Assembly: GCA_950097015.1 (NCBI GenBank)
Contig: CATNEN010000038.1
Coordinates: 26,350,001 to 26,414,000, forward strand
Direction: 5' to 3'
Source: Macrostomum hystrix
Taxonomy: Eukaryota > Animalia > Platyhelminthes
DNA: 64,000 nucleotides
Positions 1 through 12,200 of the stretch are shown piece after piece. The translations under genes and the position numbers were made by a program. The notes beneath the pieces are model-generated. The model was not told where the DNA came from and did not search any database. It saw only the letters and a program-made list of their open reading frames with translations. The first letter of the stretch is position 1. Each line of letters starts with the position of its first letter.

Positions 1-143
1 TCATTCAACAAGCTGGGTGAACTGAAGCAATCCAGAGTTAAGTGTCTTGCTAAAGGACACAGATTATTCCAATGGAGTCGGGAATCGAACCCTCGACCAT
101 CAAATCGTGAGTCTGACGCTCTAACCACTAGGCTACAGCCCCC
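1..143 (-). mobile_element. tRNA-derived SINE, family A (5' part; continues off window edge)
   Basis: Minus strand reads GGGGGCTGTAGCCTAGTGGTTAGAGCG (A box)...GGTTCGATTCCC (B box), then GTGTCCTTTAGCAAGACACTTAACTCTG...CAGTTCACCCAGC, which is shared with the copy at 41137-41450. Confidence 0.85.
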
Positions 144-284
144 TGTTTTGTCTAATAATAGATAATGCACATGTACGATTCTAGCTGCAAGGACATTGAA
201 TTTCCATATGATACTGGTAGTCAATTGTTCATAATCATCCTATGATATCCTATTATGTAATAGATACGGACAAATCAAAATTAC

Positions 285-3200
285 CAGCTGAAGCGGCGGC
301 TGCACCGCCTCCTCGCGTCTCCAACTCTGTCAGCTTCTGCAACGCGGCGAATCTTTCCTCCTGTGAGGCGGCGGCCTTTTCAAACGCCTCGTGCTGCCTG
401 ATTAGTGCCAGAGTCTCTTCTAGGCTGTCGCCAAGTTCGTGACTGCTCAGATGCGGCTCCTGAGCCAGAAGCCAGGCTTCGGCTACGGCGGCGTCTCGAG
501 CGAATTGGTACACCTAGAACAAGACATGTACAGGCTAAAGATATTACTAACATTTAATGTGGTAGCCAAGTATCTGTGAACCTTGTGTTCACTATTCGGA
601 AAATGTTTCTGAATTTACACTTCTTTTCTGATTCAGTCCAAACCCCTAAGCCCTTCCTTCCCTCTGAATGTACACTTCTTATCTGATTCAGTCCAAACCC
701 TTAAGCCCTTCCTTCCCTCTGAATGTACACTTCTTATCTGATTCAGTCCAAACCCCTAAGCCCTTCCTTCCCTCTGAATGTACACTTCTTATCTGATTCA
801 GTCCAAACCCCTAAGCCCTTCCTTCCCTCTGAATGTACACTTCTTATCTGATTCAGTCCAAACCCTTAAGCCCTTCCTTCCCTCTGAATGTACACTTCTT
901 ATCTGATTCAGTCCAAACCCCTAAGCCCTTCCTTCCCTCTGAATGTACACTTCTTATCTGATTCAGTCCAAACCCCTAAGCCCTTCCTTCCCTCTGAATG
1001 TACACTTCTTATCTGATTCAGTCCAAACCCCTAAGCCCTTCCTTCCCTCTGAATGTACACTTCTTATCTGATTCAGTCCAAACCCCTAAGCCCTTCCTTC
1101 CCTCTGAATGTACACTTCTTATCTGATTCAGTCCAAACCCTTAAGCCCTTCCTTCCCTCTGAATGTACACTTCTTATCTGATTCAGTCCAAACCCCTAAG
1201 CCCTTCCTTCCCTCTGAATGTACACTTCTTATCTGATTCAGTCCAAACCCCTAAGCCCTTCCTTCCCTCTGAATGTACACTTCTTATCTGATTCAGTCCA
1301 AACCCCTAAGCCCTTCCTTCCCTCTGAATGTACACTTCTTATCTGATTCAGTCCAAACCCCTAAGCCCTTCCTTCCCTCTGAATGTACACTTCTTATCTG
1401 ATTCAGTCCAAACCCCTTAGCCTTCCCTTCCCTCCGAATGTACATTGCTTCTCTGATTCACTCCTAACCCGTAGTTTTTCCTTCTCTCTGAATCTACACT
1501 TCTTATCTGATTCAGTCCTTACCCCTTAGCCTTCCTTTCCCTATGAATGTACTCGTTCATTGCTTCACAGATTCACGACAACCCCTTGCCGTTTCATTAG
1601 TTCTGAATGTACATTGCTTCTCTGATTCACTACAAATCCGTCGAATTTCAATTATCAAAAATTCTACGCTAAGAATTCGCACCTCGAGCATGAGCTGCAG
1701 CTGATCCCACTTCGTGTCCCAGGCGTCGGTAACATCGAATCGTTTCCCAGCTAGCTCTGCTAGTTTCTCCTGCACTACAATGAGCCTGGGATGACGCCGC
1801 ATCACTAGCGATCTGCCCAGATTGGCTGCAATAGTGAAATTTTCGTCCCTGGCGTCCATCTCGGCTTTGAGATTCTTGTGCGAATTCATCAGCAGTTCAA
1901 CTCCGGACACATCTCTCGGCCTCTCCTGGGCGGCCATCTCGGCCTCGATTGCGTCCATCCACATGAGCAGCTCGCGGACCATATTAAGGAAGCGGTGAAA
2001 CTCCGCATTGTCCGCTAGCTCAGTCTTGCGTCTCTGGCAGTGCAGAGTCAACCGATTCCAGGCGTCGATGACCTGATCGCGACGCTCCCGTATGAGCTTC
2101 TCGTTGTCGCCGCTGTAGGCCGGCAGAAGATCTTCGGCGTCGCGCTCGACGCCGTGAACTGCGGCCTCCAGAGTGCGCAGGTCGTGCTCAAACGCGGCGT
2201 GCTTGCGAGCGTATGAGTCGGATGATTTCGCGTCCTTGCCTGCGAAATAGGAAGCATGTTAAATAGTAAGGCTATAGATCTCATTGCTCCTCCACTTAAA
2301 ATAGACGAACAATCAAAGCTTCTGAAATCACTATTTGTGAACAACAGGGGTCGGCAGACTTATTGGCTAGCGGGCCAAAGAGGCAACCTAAAAGACAACA
2401 GCGGGCCGCGTTGACTGTAAAAATATGAACATAGGGGAGAGATGAGACACGGAAGAGATGAGACAGGGGATCGATAAGAAACGGAAGAGATGAGACAGGG
2501 GAGGGATGAGACACGGGAGAGATGAGACACGGGAGAGATGAGACACGGGAGAGATGAGACACGGGAGAGATGAGACAGGGAGAGATGAGACATGGAGAGA
2601 TGAGATAGGGAGAGATAAGACACGGGATAGATGAGAACGAGGAGAGAAAATACGGAAAAGATGAAACAAGCGTCGGAAGGCGTCGGAAGGGGCAACGGGC
2701 CGGATTTGGGAGCTTCGATGGCCGCATCTGCCCCGCGGGCTGGAGTTTGCGAACCCTGGAGTACAATATCTCAGGCTGCTTAGCAACTGATAAAATCACA
2801 CTCACCCACATCCTCTGGTATGGTCAGCTCCTTCTCTTCGATCCTATCAAGTACGTCGCGACAATCGGTGAGGAATCGATGGAAAGCGTGGGCCGCAGTC
2901 AATAGCTGAGTGCGGGTGTCGATCAGCTCTAGCAGGTCGGACCAGGCTTCGTTGACACGATCCTTCCACTCGGCGATGTCCGCCGAGTTGCGATGACCCT
3001 GCGAGACGATTATAGCTATGTAAGCTGGATAGTATTCAATCGCTTAAATTGACAGTCTACAATCATTCACTCCATCTCCACTCTCTAACCCTAGCAGCCA
3101 AGTGTACATTCATTCCTTCTCCACTCTCTAGCCCCAGCAGCCAAGTGTACATTCATTCCTTCTCCACTCTCTAGCCCCAGCAGCCAAGTGTACATTAATT

Positions 3201-6200
3201 CATTCCTTCTCCACTCTCTAGCCGCAGCAGCCAAGTGTACATTAATTCATTCCTTCTCCACTCTCTAGCCCCAGCAGCCAAGTGTACATTCATTCCTTCT
3301 CTACTCTCTAGCCCCAGCAGCCAAGTGTACATTCATTCCTTCTCCACTCTCTAGCCCCAGCAGCCAAGTGTACATTCATTCCTTCTCCACTCTCTAGCCC
3401 CAGCAGCCAAGTGTACATTCATTCCTTCTCCACTCTCTAGCCCCAGCAGCCAAGTGTACATTCATTCCTTCTCTACTCTCTAGCCCCAGCAGCCAAGTGT
3501 ACATTCATTCCTTCTCCACTCTCTAGCCCCAGCAGCCAAGTGTACATTCATTCCTTCTCCACTCTCTAGCCCCAGCAGCCAAGTGTACATTCATTCCTTC
3601 TCTACTCTCTAGCCGCAGCGGAAAAAGTGTACATTCATTCTAAATGGACACAGCCACTTTAGTCACTGACCTGATCGATGAGGCTGTCAACAAACTGATT
3701 AGCCGCTGCCACGCGCTCCGTGCCAATAGCTTCGGTCTCCTTGGCAAACTCGCGAAATCTTTCTCGCAGAAGGACGCAGTGCTCGTAATCCTTGCCCAGC
3801 TCATTACTCTGGGCTACTAGAGTTCTTTCATAGATCCACGATTCCAAGTCGAGAATTTCCCGCTGCAACTGGTAGAGTTTCAACTGCTCCTGAAGCCAAG
3901 CCCGCTTCTCCGAGCATAACTCTTTCAGGGTAGAGTAGAGCCGGTCAAGGCGGTTCTGAGCTTGAGCAACTCGCTCAGACTCCGGGTGCTCGGCTTCGAT
4001 GAGGGCCCGAGCTCGAGCCCCCAGTCGTCGGATGGTCTCTGCGTAGGCTTCGACGCCGCGATCCACCTGTAAAAAAGAATAATTTTGGGTATCTTAAAAT
4101 GTGGTTTGTGTTAGATAAGTTTGTGTTTATAAAATTTGATATTTATATGTTTATGTTTCTACTATAAGTAGCGAAAAGCAAAAATTATATTAAAGCCTAG
4201 TGATGTCTAGTGACTAGGAAAAGGATGACTAAACAAAATTTGTGACCAAGAATAGTACTTGAGACCGTGACAGTGAACGCAAAGAATTAGGTGACTAGGT
4301 GAATTCAAAGAGTGGCAAGGTGAGCTCGAAGAGTGACCAGGTGTGATCTCATAGATTGACCAATACCAGTTGACCACAGATAGCTGACTCACCTGCTCAT
4401 GCTTCTTCATGGCATTGTTAGCAGCCTGCTCATCCCTAGCCCGGGTCTCCTCGGGCATGAGGTAGAGCTCCTGTTCGCCCATCCAGGTCTCGGCCTCCCT
4501 GGCGTCCTCTAGCCACTGCTGGGCCAACTCGCTGCTCTCTAGACGGGCCCGGCGCTCATCCATGGCCTGGGTGAGCTGACGCCAGCGGTCCTGCAGCTCG
4601 CCAATGCCAGCCTGGTACTGCTCAGCCTGAGGCACGCCCTGGCCAATCAGGTCGTTGGCGTTGGAGACAGTGTCTCGCACCCTAGGCCGGTGATTCTCGA
4701 CTTCGTTGGTGAGCACTTTGTGACGCCGGAGCATTTGCGTCACCGATAGTAGCGAGTTGCCAGTCTGGGATGTGAATTGATGCTTGTGATTTCGGTAAAC
4801 ATTTTAGTGAAAAATAAAAGTGATAGAGCAAAAATGTTTCATTTAACTTTTTGTTCTAGGAGTGAACTCAGGAGTGACTCTAGGAGTGAACTCAGGAGTG
4901 ACTCTAGTAGTGAACTCAGGAGTGACTCTAGGAGTGAACACAAGAGTGACTCTAAGAGTGAACATAGGAGTGACTCTAGGAGTGAACCCAGGAGTGACTC
5001 TATGAGTAAACTCAGGAGTGACTATAGGAGTGAACACAAGAGTGACTCTAAGAGTGAACATAGGAGTGACTCTAGGAGTGAACCCAGGAGTGACTCTATG
5101 AGTAAACTCAGGAGTGACTCTAGGAGTGAACACAAGAGTGACTCTAAGAGTGAACATAGGAGTGACTCTAGGAGTGAACCCAGGAGTGACTCCATGAGTA
5201 AACTCAGGAGTGACTCTAGGAGTGAACACAAGAGTGACTCTAAGAGTGAACATAGGAGTGACTCTAGGAGTGAACCCAGGAGTGACTCTAGTAGTGAACT
5301 CAGGAGTGACTCTAGGAGTGAACACAAGAGTGACTCTAAGAGTGAACATAGGAGTGACTCTAGGAGTGAACCCAGGAGTGACTCTATGAGTAAACTCAGG
5401 AGTGACTCTAGGAGTGAACACAAGAGTGACTCTAAGAGTGAACATAGGAGTGACTCTAGGAGTGAACCCAGGAGTGACTCTATGAGTAAACTCAGGAGTG
5501 ACTCTAGGAGTGAACACAAGAGTGACTCTAAGAGTGAACATAGGAGTGACTCTAGGAGTGAACTCAAGAGTGACTCTAGGAGTGAACTCAGGAGTGATTA
5601 TAGGAGTGAAATTTAGAGTGACTATAGAAGTGAACTCAGGATTGACTCTAAGAGTCATGAGTGATATTTAGCTAAGCTAAGAAAGGCTCTAAAAGTGATT
5701 CCCAGAATTGGAAATTTATGGTTTGGAAATTTATGCATTGTGCTACTAAATGTCCAATATCCGTTTCTCTTTGCTCATGTATACTCACAGGGTCAGCGAA
5801 ATGTCACGGAAAGTGTTACATTTTAATTTTTTATAACAGATGTAAAAAGTCTCAAAATATTCGGGAAAAAAATTCCCAGAATTCCATCCCAGACATCTTG
5901 CTATAGCCTCACCTCCTGTGAGGAAGCCAAAGCCAGCTTCTCCTCGGCCCACATCTTCTCGTCCTCGATGTCGCGAAACAGCTGCTGAATCCGCTTCCGA
6001 CGCACCAATTCGTCCTTCTTCTTGGACAGCGGATCGCGCAGTTTAACAAAAGTCTGCTGAAGCGACAGGTGAGTCTTCTCAAACACCTCCTCCTTATCCG
6101 GATGCTGTTCTTTCAGCTTCTCCTTGTGCTCGCTCATGTCCTCCAGCTGCTTCTCTCGCTCTTCCATCTCCTTCTCCTGATCCTCAATGCTGCGCAGCCA

Positions 6201-9200
6201 GATGTCCACATCGGTGAGGGTCACAACCTCCTCTTCGTCTACAACCATCTGGGTCATGAGCTTCTCCATCCAGACGTTCACATCCTGAGCCGTATTATTG
6301 AAGATGGTCTCCCGGTTGGCTTCTAGTAGTTTCTCGCTCTTCTGCTTGACCGACTCTTCTAGATCGGCCCACTTGGCGGCCAGCTGATCAATCTGGGGCT
6401 GCACAATGGGCTGGTAGCTGGGCCGCTCAGCCAGCAGCTGATCAGCGGCGCGTCGTACAGCCTCGAGTCGGTCTTTGTTGGCCTCGATCTCGCGTTCGAA
6501 AGCTTTGTGCCGATTATATCGGCTGGTGATGTTCTTGGCGTCACGGTAGCTCTCATCCTCGGCTACTAGGCGCCTGTCCTCGATCCACTCGGCCAGGTCG
6601 TCAATTTCCTGGCGCAGGTGCTGCAGAGCCAGCTGGCCGCGCAGATGATTTAGACGCTCCTGAGCTCGCGCCAGGTTGGCCTCACGGCGGGTGCGGATGG
6701 ACTCCACCTGCGGTTTAATAATAATAATAATTGCATCATTTGGTGACACTAGACCCGCAGCCAGCGAGAAAACAAATCTGCCCATTCCGCTGACTCCTGA
6801 ACACACGCACACAGATACCGCACGCAGGCACACGCTCACACAGGTGTGTACATTTGCCCTGACTTTCTCATAGTCAGGCAGTGTACACTTTTACAGTGCC
6901 TTGGAGGTTGGCCCTCAAGGACGTAAATTGCACGAAAAGCCTCCACAGCCATTACTCCGTGGCTGCGCCTCAAATAAATGTGGCCTCGACGCAAAATCGA
7001 GCTCAGGGACCTTGGTGCAAGAAGCAAACGCATTAACCGCTCTGGCGGTTAACTCGCCCCACCTACGGTTTGAGAAAATTTATAGATTTTCTCAGAAAAA
7101 GTAATCACGATATAACCGAATTAAAAAAATGACTAACCTTCTGCAGAATCTTATCCTTGGCAAAGTGGTCCTCCTCAGCTAGAAGATTCCTTCCGCTGTC
7201 GTCAACCATGGCCAGTTTCTCCTCGTTAGCCCGCATCGAGGTGATAAAATTCTCGCACTGCTTGACTAGCGCCTCAGCCTGCTCAACTGAGGTTGGCGCA
7301 TCGGCTTTGCTCAGGAAGTTCTCCTGAGAGTTGAGCACCAGGTCGCATTGGACTGAATCGCGGAGGAATACCTGCAGGCTGAGACTCTGCGACAGGTGCG
7401 TGTGCTTCATCTGCCACATGTCGTGGAGGGCCTGCCAATCCTCGGACAGGGCATTCAGTCGCTGGCTGAGGAACATGTACTGAGCGTCAGTCTGGCCCTC
7501 CGTCACTCGCCTGCCGTAGCTCATTAAGCTAGCGAACTCTTCGTTATAGCCTTCAATCTCCTGCTTGAGACTCTGGTGCTGAACTAGCAGTTTCTCAGCT
7601 TCGCTAACATCTTTGGCTATGTCCTCTGTGGCCACTTTGGTTTGCATGTTGCTCAGCCACACCTGCAATTGTTGGGGATTCGGATAGAACATTTGCCTGT
7701 TAGTAAGAGGACGTACCTCGCTCTACTTATTTAAAGTGCAGTTTGGACATTTCGATTTAGCATTTTTGGTGATAATTACAGTCTAATATGACTATTCACC
7801 TGGAAGTGATCTAGATCCTGCAGAAACTTCTGCAATTCAGACGACTCTTCAAGTCGCTCCTTCCGCTCCATCCGCATATCGTTGAGCTCGGACCAGAGCG
7901 CTCGGAGCTCGTCACGACTCTCCATCAGAACCTGGGCCTCCTCCGGCTTTACTCGCTGCAGTTTATCGCACTGCTCGTCCAGGTGCTGCAGCCGGGCCTC
8001 GATGGCGGCCATGTCCGAGTTCAGATTCTGCAGCCGGCGCTGCAGCTGCATGATGCCGCCAAGGTCGTTGCCCAATTCGTCCGTGGACTCAACCAGCTGA
8101 CATTTCTCTCTGATCCAGTTGGAGGTCTCGCGGCACTCAATCTTGTACGTATTGTATTCGTAGGCATTGTTGATCTTGGCTTTGCGCTGTTCAACCAAAT
8201 CGGCCAACTCGTTCCATTCGGCGTTCAGCTGGTCCTGACGCTCGCGAACCTCCTCGGCGCTGGGGTGCTCAACGCGGAGCAGCCGATTAGCCAAAGTGTC
8301 GGCCTCGGCTACGCGATCAGCGTTGCTCTGCATCTCGAGTTCGAATCCGTCGAATCGATGCTTGACCACCTGGAAATTATGGATATTTTGAAGGTAAGAA
8401 AACCACAAAAAAAGAAAAATAGCTACCATTGTTGCTAATCTTGCCTTGAACGCCTTGCTCATGTGTTAGAGTCGCAAATTGTATAAAGAACTCGAAAAGC
8501 CTCATTAATTTTTGCAAGATCGCTCACCTCCAGCTCTTCGATCTCCTCCGAAGGCACCATGGAGACCAGTAGGCGCCGCTTCTCTCTGATCCAGGCCTCA
8601 ATCTGGTCGGCCTCGTTGAACAACCGATGCATTGCCAGGGCGTCGGCCAGCTGCTGACGCCGCCGTTCCGCCTGTCGAAGCAGCTCGGCGTAGCGAGAGT
8701 CGATGGTTTCCAGACGCTGCTTGGTTGACGCCAGCTCACGGTCGGCTGGATTCAAAGCTTCCGCCTGACGATGCAGACTGGCGATTTCTTCGGCGTAGTT
8801 GGCAATCTCCTGGCTGGCGTCAAGATTCTTGCGTTGCAACGACTGCACCGTGGCCTCGTTATAGCCGCAGTCCTGGTCCTCGCACAGTCGGTGCATTTCA
8901 GTTAGCCAAGCTTCAGCCTCGTCGCAATCGCCTGTTACGCATTTCATGGAATAGGAAGTTCCGCAAATGGATATTCTGGCACATAAACACCCGCAATTCA
9001 AGCTTTTGTTACAATTCAAGTTTTCTGTTACAGGCGTAATTGAAAACGAGACAGCAAAAACCTTTCCATTCGTAAATCATAGGGGATTTGGACGGCTAGT
9101 TTGATTGACACAAAGGTGGAAACCTGTCCAATATTTCCCAACACTACGAGCATTGTCTTAAAGAATTGAATGTACTATCATTACCTAGGAATTGTTGATA

Positions 9201-12200
9201 ATCCACAGCCTCCAGTAGGCGACTCTTGCGCGCCGCCGCCCGGTCAACCAGGCTGTCCCAGAGACTGCTGATGCGCTCCAGACGGTCGGACAGGCGATCG
9301 CTGCCTGGTCCAGCATCAGCGACCAGATTTTCGCCACGTGCCAGCTGCGCCTGGAGCAGGCCGCGCCTAGCCGAGATCTCGTCCTCGGTGGCGCGATGCT
9401 TACCAAGCAGTCGCTGGGCAGATGGTATGTCATGGCCCAGATCCGGACTGGACATAAGCTGCTCCTTCTCGCGAATCCATTGCTCCTCGTCTTCGAGCTC
9501 CCAGACGAGGCGCCAGACCTGCCGGCTGGAGGTCAGGCCGTCGTGTCGGCGGGCAGCCCGGAGGCGCAGCTGCTCGTAGGCCTCGCGCAGGATGCTGGCT
9601 CGCTCTTCAACTTCGCCCGGCTCCGTTGGACGATAGTCGCCAACTTCGGCTGGAAACTCGCCGTCGATGAAGGCCTTGAGGGATGGTGTTGAGTAACACT
9701 CATTCAACTACAGGCTTTTTATGATGGAGGTACTTAACTAGTTTGGGAAATGACAAGCGCACAAACCTGAGCAGAGGCGCACACGGAGTCCACCCTGTCA
9801 CCCAGTACCAGCACGTCACTCTCCAGCAGCGAATGCTTCTCCAGCAGGTCGTCAACGCCCATCAGGTGCCGGCCAAAGTCTTCAGACTTCAGCCGGCCAT
9901 CTAGCTCTTCGATCCAGTCCAACACGTAGAGTATCTCCTGGTAGATCTTGTGCACCTGCAGTGTCAGGTCCAGCCTCATGCGTCTGGCCCTGAGCAGATC
10001 CAGCAGCTGTTCCCACAGGTTGAGAACATTGTCCTTTCTGGCCAGAACGGCCTCCGTGTCGTGATAGTTCTCAACCTGCAGCTCGGCGGCCACTCGCACT
10101 ACGGCGCTGACTCGCTCCTCGTAGGCAAAGATGTCAGTCTCGATAGCTTCGTGCTTCTTGGTGGCGGCTTCCACTGCTGGTAGGTCGTGACCGAAATTGT
10201 CCTGAGCCACTAAGCGTTGATTCTCAGACAGCCAGGTCTCACGCATGCCTGCTTTGCGTTGAAATCTTTGAGCCAACTGCTCGAGTTTCTCCTGCCTAAT
10301 CAGTTCGTCTCTGAGAGCGATCTCTCTGGCGTGCTCGGCTCGCTCCAGCCTCTCCCAGGCCTTGTTGATCTCGGAGATCATCTTCTCCTCCTGGGGAAAA
10401 TACGGCCTCTGATTGTTAGCCCGCATCTTCTGCTGAATGGTGAACAGTTGAATCTCCAGGTTGCCTTTCTCGGTGAACTTTGGCGGCTTCTCCACTGTGC
10501 GATAGCTGGCAAAGGCCTGCAGTTGGGCCTGAATGCCAGGGACCGAGTTGGCCAGCTGGCGATCATTCAACAGCTCGACTGTCTGCTCGATCCAGGCTAG
10601 CAAGTCCGAGGTAAGCTTCTCGTACTGGTCGATTAGGGCGTCAGACTCTTGAGCTTCGTTGAGCACCTTTTTGAGTCGCTTAGCCTGCACAGTTTCATCC
10701 TTCAGCTTGGAGAAGTAGTGATAGTAGGTGACAACGTAGGTCATTATAGAGCGCTCGTCCGGCTGATCGACGCACACGTCTTCTGGGTCGAGGAGGCGAG
10801 CCAGGCCGAGGCGATCGTCGGCGACTCGGAAAGCGTTCTCCAGATTGGCCATCGGCTGCGACTTCGACAGGGCATTGTAGTCGATGAGGTCTGGCCTGGA
10901 GTGACGGCGGAAGGGAAGCTTGTGTTGTATGGATTGGCAGTCTAAGACCCGCGGCCCAGGTACAGCTAGTATATATGCTCCTAAATCTGGACACCTAGCG
11001 AGAGAGGATCTTTGAGTATCTACTCTCGCCAGTCTCATCTCTACCATGTCTCGCCAGGCTCGTGTCTCGCCAGGCTCATCTCTCTACAGTCTCACCTCTT
11101 TCTACTCTTATGTCACTACGTTTTATCTCTCTCCAGTCTTATCTCTCTCCAGTCTCATCTCTCTTGTCTTATCTCTCTTTTCTTATCTCTCTCTTGTCTT
11201 ATCTCTCTTGTCTCATCTTTCTCTTGTCTCATCTCTCTCCAGTCTCATCTCTCTCTTGTCTCATCTCTTTTCTTTCTCATCTCTCTCCAGTCTCATCTTT
11301 CTCTAGTCTCATATCTCTTCTGAAGTTTTGTTTAGTGCACTGTTTGAGATATGCTACTGCTAGAGTTGCATATACAAAAAGCCTTCAAAACTATTTCTAG
11401 AACGACAATTAGCAGTTCTGCCATTATGCCATTGTTTTTTAAAATGCAGCAATTTAAGCTGGAAAAGTTAGCTTCCGACTCATTAAAAATAATTGACGGA
11501 TTAGAAATGCATCATATGACACTCAGTCAAAGCATCTGGCTACATTGAAAACAGACTGCATGGACTATTAAATGCCTGTCTAGACTCAAGCTACATTTGA
11601 GCAAGCCTCCCGGGCTCTCTAAATTGTAAAAGTACAAAGCTGACTGGCGTCAGTCAACAATGAGCAGCTCATTCCGCAAATTTGGGGGGTAATGAAAATA
11701 ATAAAGAAAGAAAAAAACTAAGAAAATTGGCAGCCCTGGGTGAGGATTTGAGAGTGAGTAGGAAGGGTGTGAGCCAAAGCCGATTGACAATGACTTGAGT
11801 ACATGCATGCGTGTGAGCGGTGAGAGTAGGCAAGCTTTCAAGAGCATTAGTCAGGCATATTTAGGCACAGTTTGGGAGCGTGTATTGCTGTATTTGTATT
11901 TCCCAAATGCTACTAGTAGAATGGCAAATGGCTCACGTCCAGACACCAAAACTTGACTAGAAACTGAGAATTGTTTTAGTTCTGAGACTCTGAGGTTGGT
12001 AAAGAAAACTTGAGTAAGCAATTGGGTAAATCTAAAGTGACACGAATAAATATCTTAATACTTAAAAGAAAAACTTCAAATGATAATTTTTTTTATAAAC
12101 TAAAGTCAAATAAAAATCCCGAAAAAATCAAAGATAAGTGAAAGAGACCTAAAAGAGTCCGCCAGAAATCTCATTAAACGATCTAAATGATTATTTTTTT

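Noticed and set aside
70-143. tRNA gene (Val-like CAC loop); also 41137-41200
   Set aside because: The tRNA-like part is fused to a shared SINE body and lacks a clean acceptor stem; it is a SINE head.
612-3640. CRISPR-like arrays
   Set aside because: Head-to-tail tandem units without unique spacers, no cas genes, eukaryotic spliced context. The same applies to all arrays here, including 63375-63740.
4777-5658. RS/SD-rich and TP-rich ORFs resembling SR proteins or mucins
   Set aside because: 12-bp satellite inside a spectrin intron whose flanking exons join in frame without it.
6069-10994. Numerous short antisense or alternative-frame ORFs over spectrin exons (likewise over the GTPase, transposase and pol genes)
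   Set aside because: Shadow ORFs of GC-rich coding sequence with no recognisable motifs.
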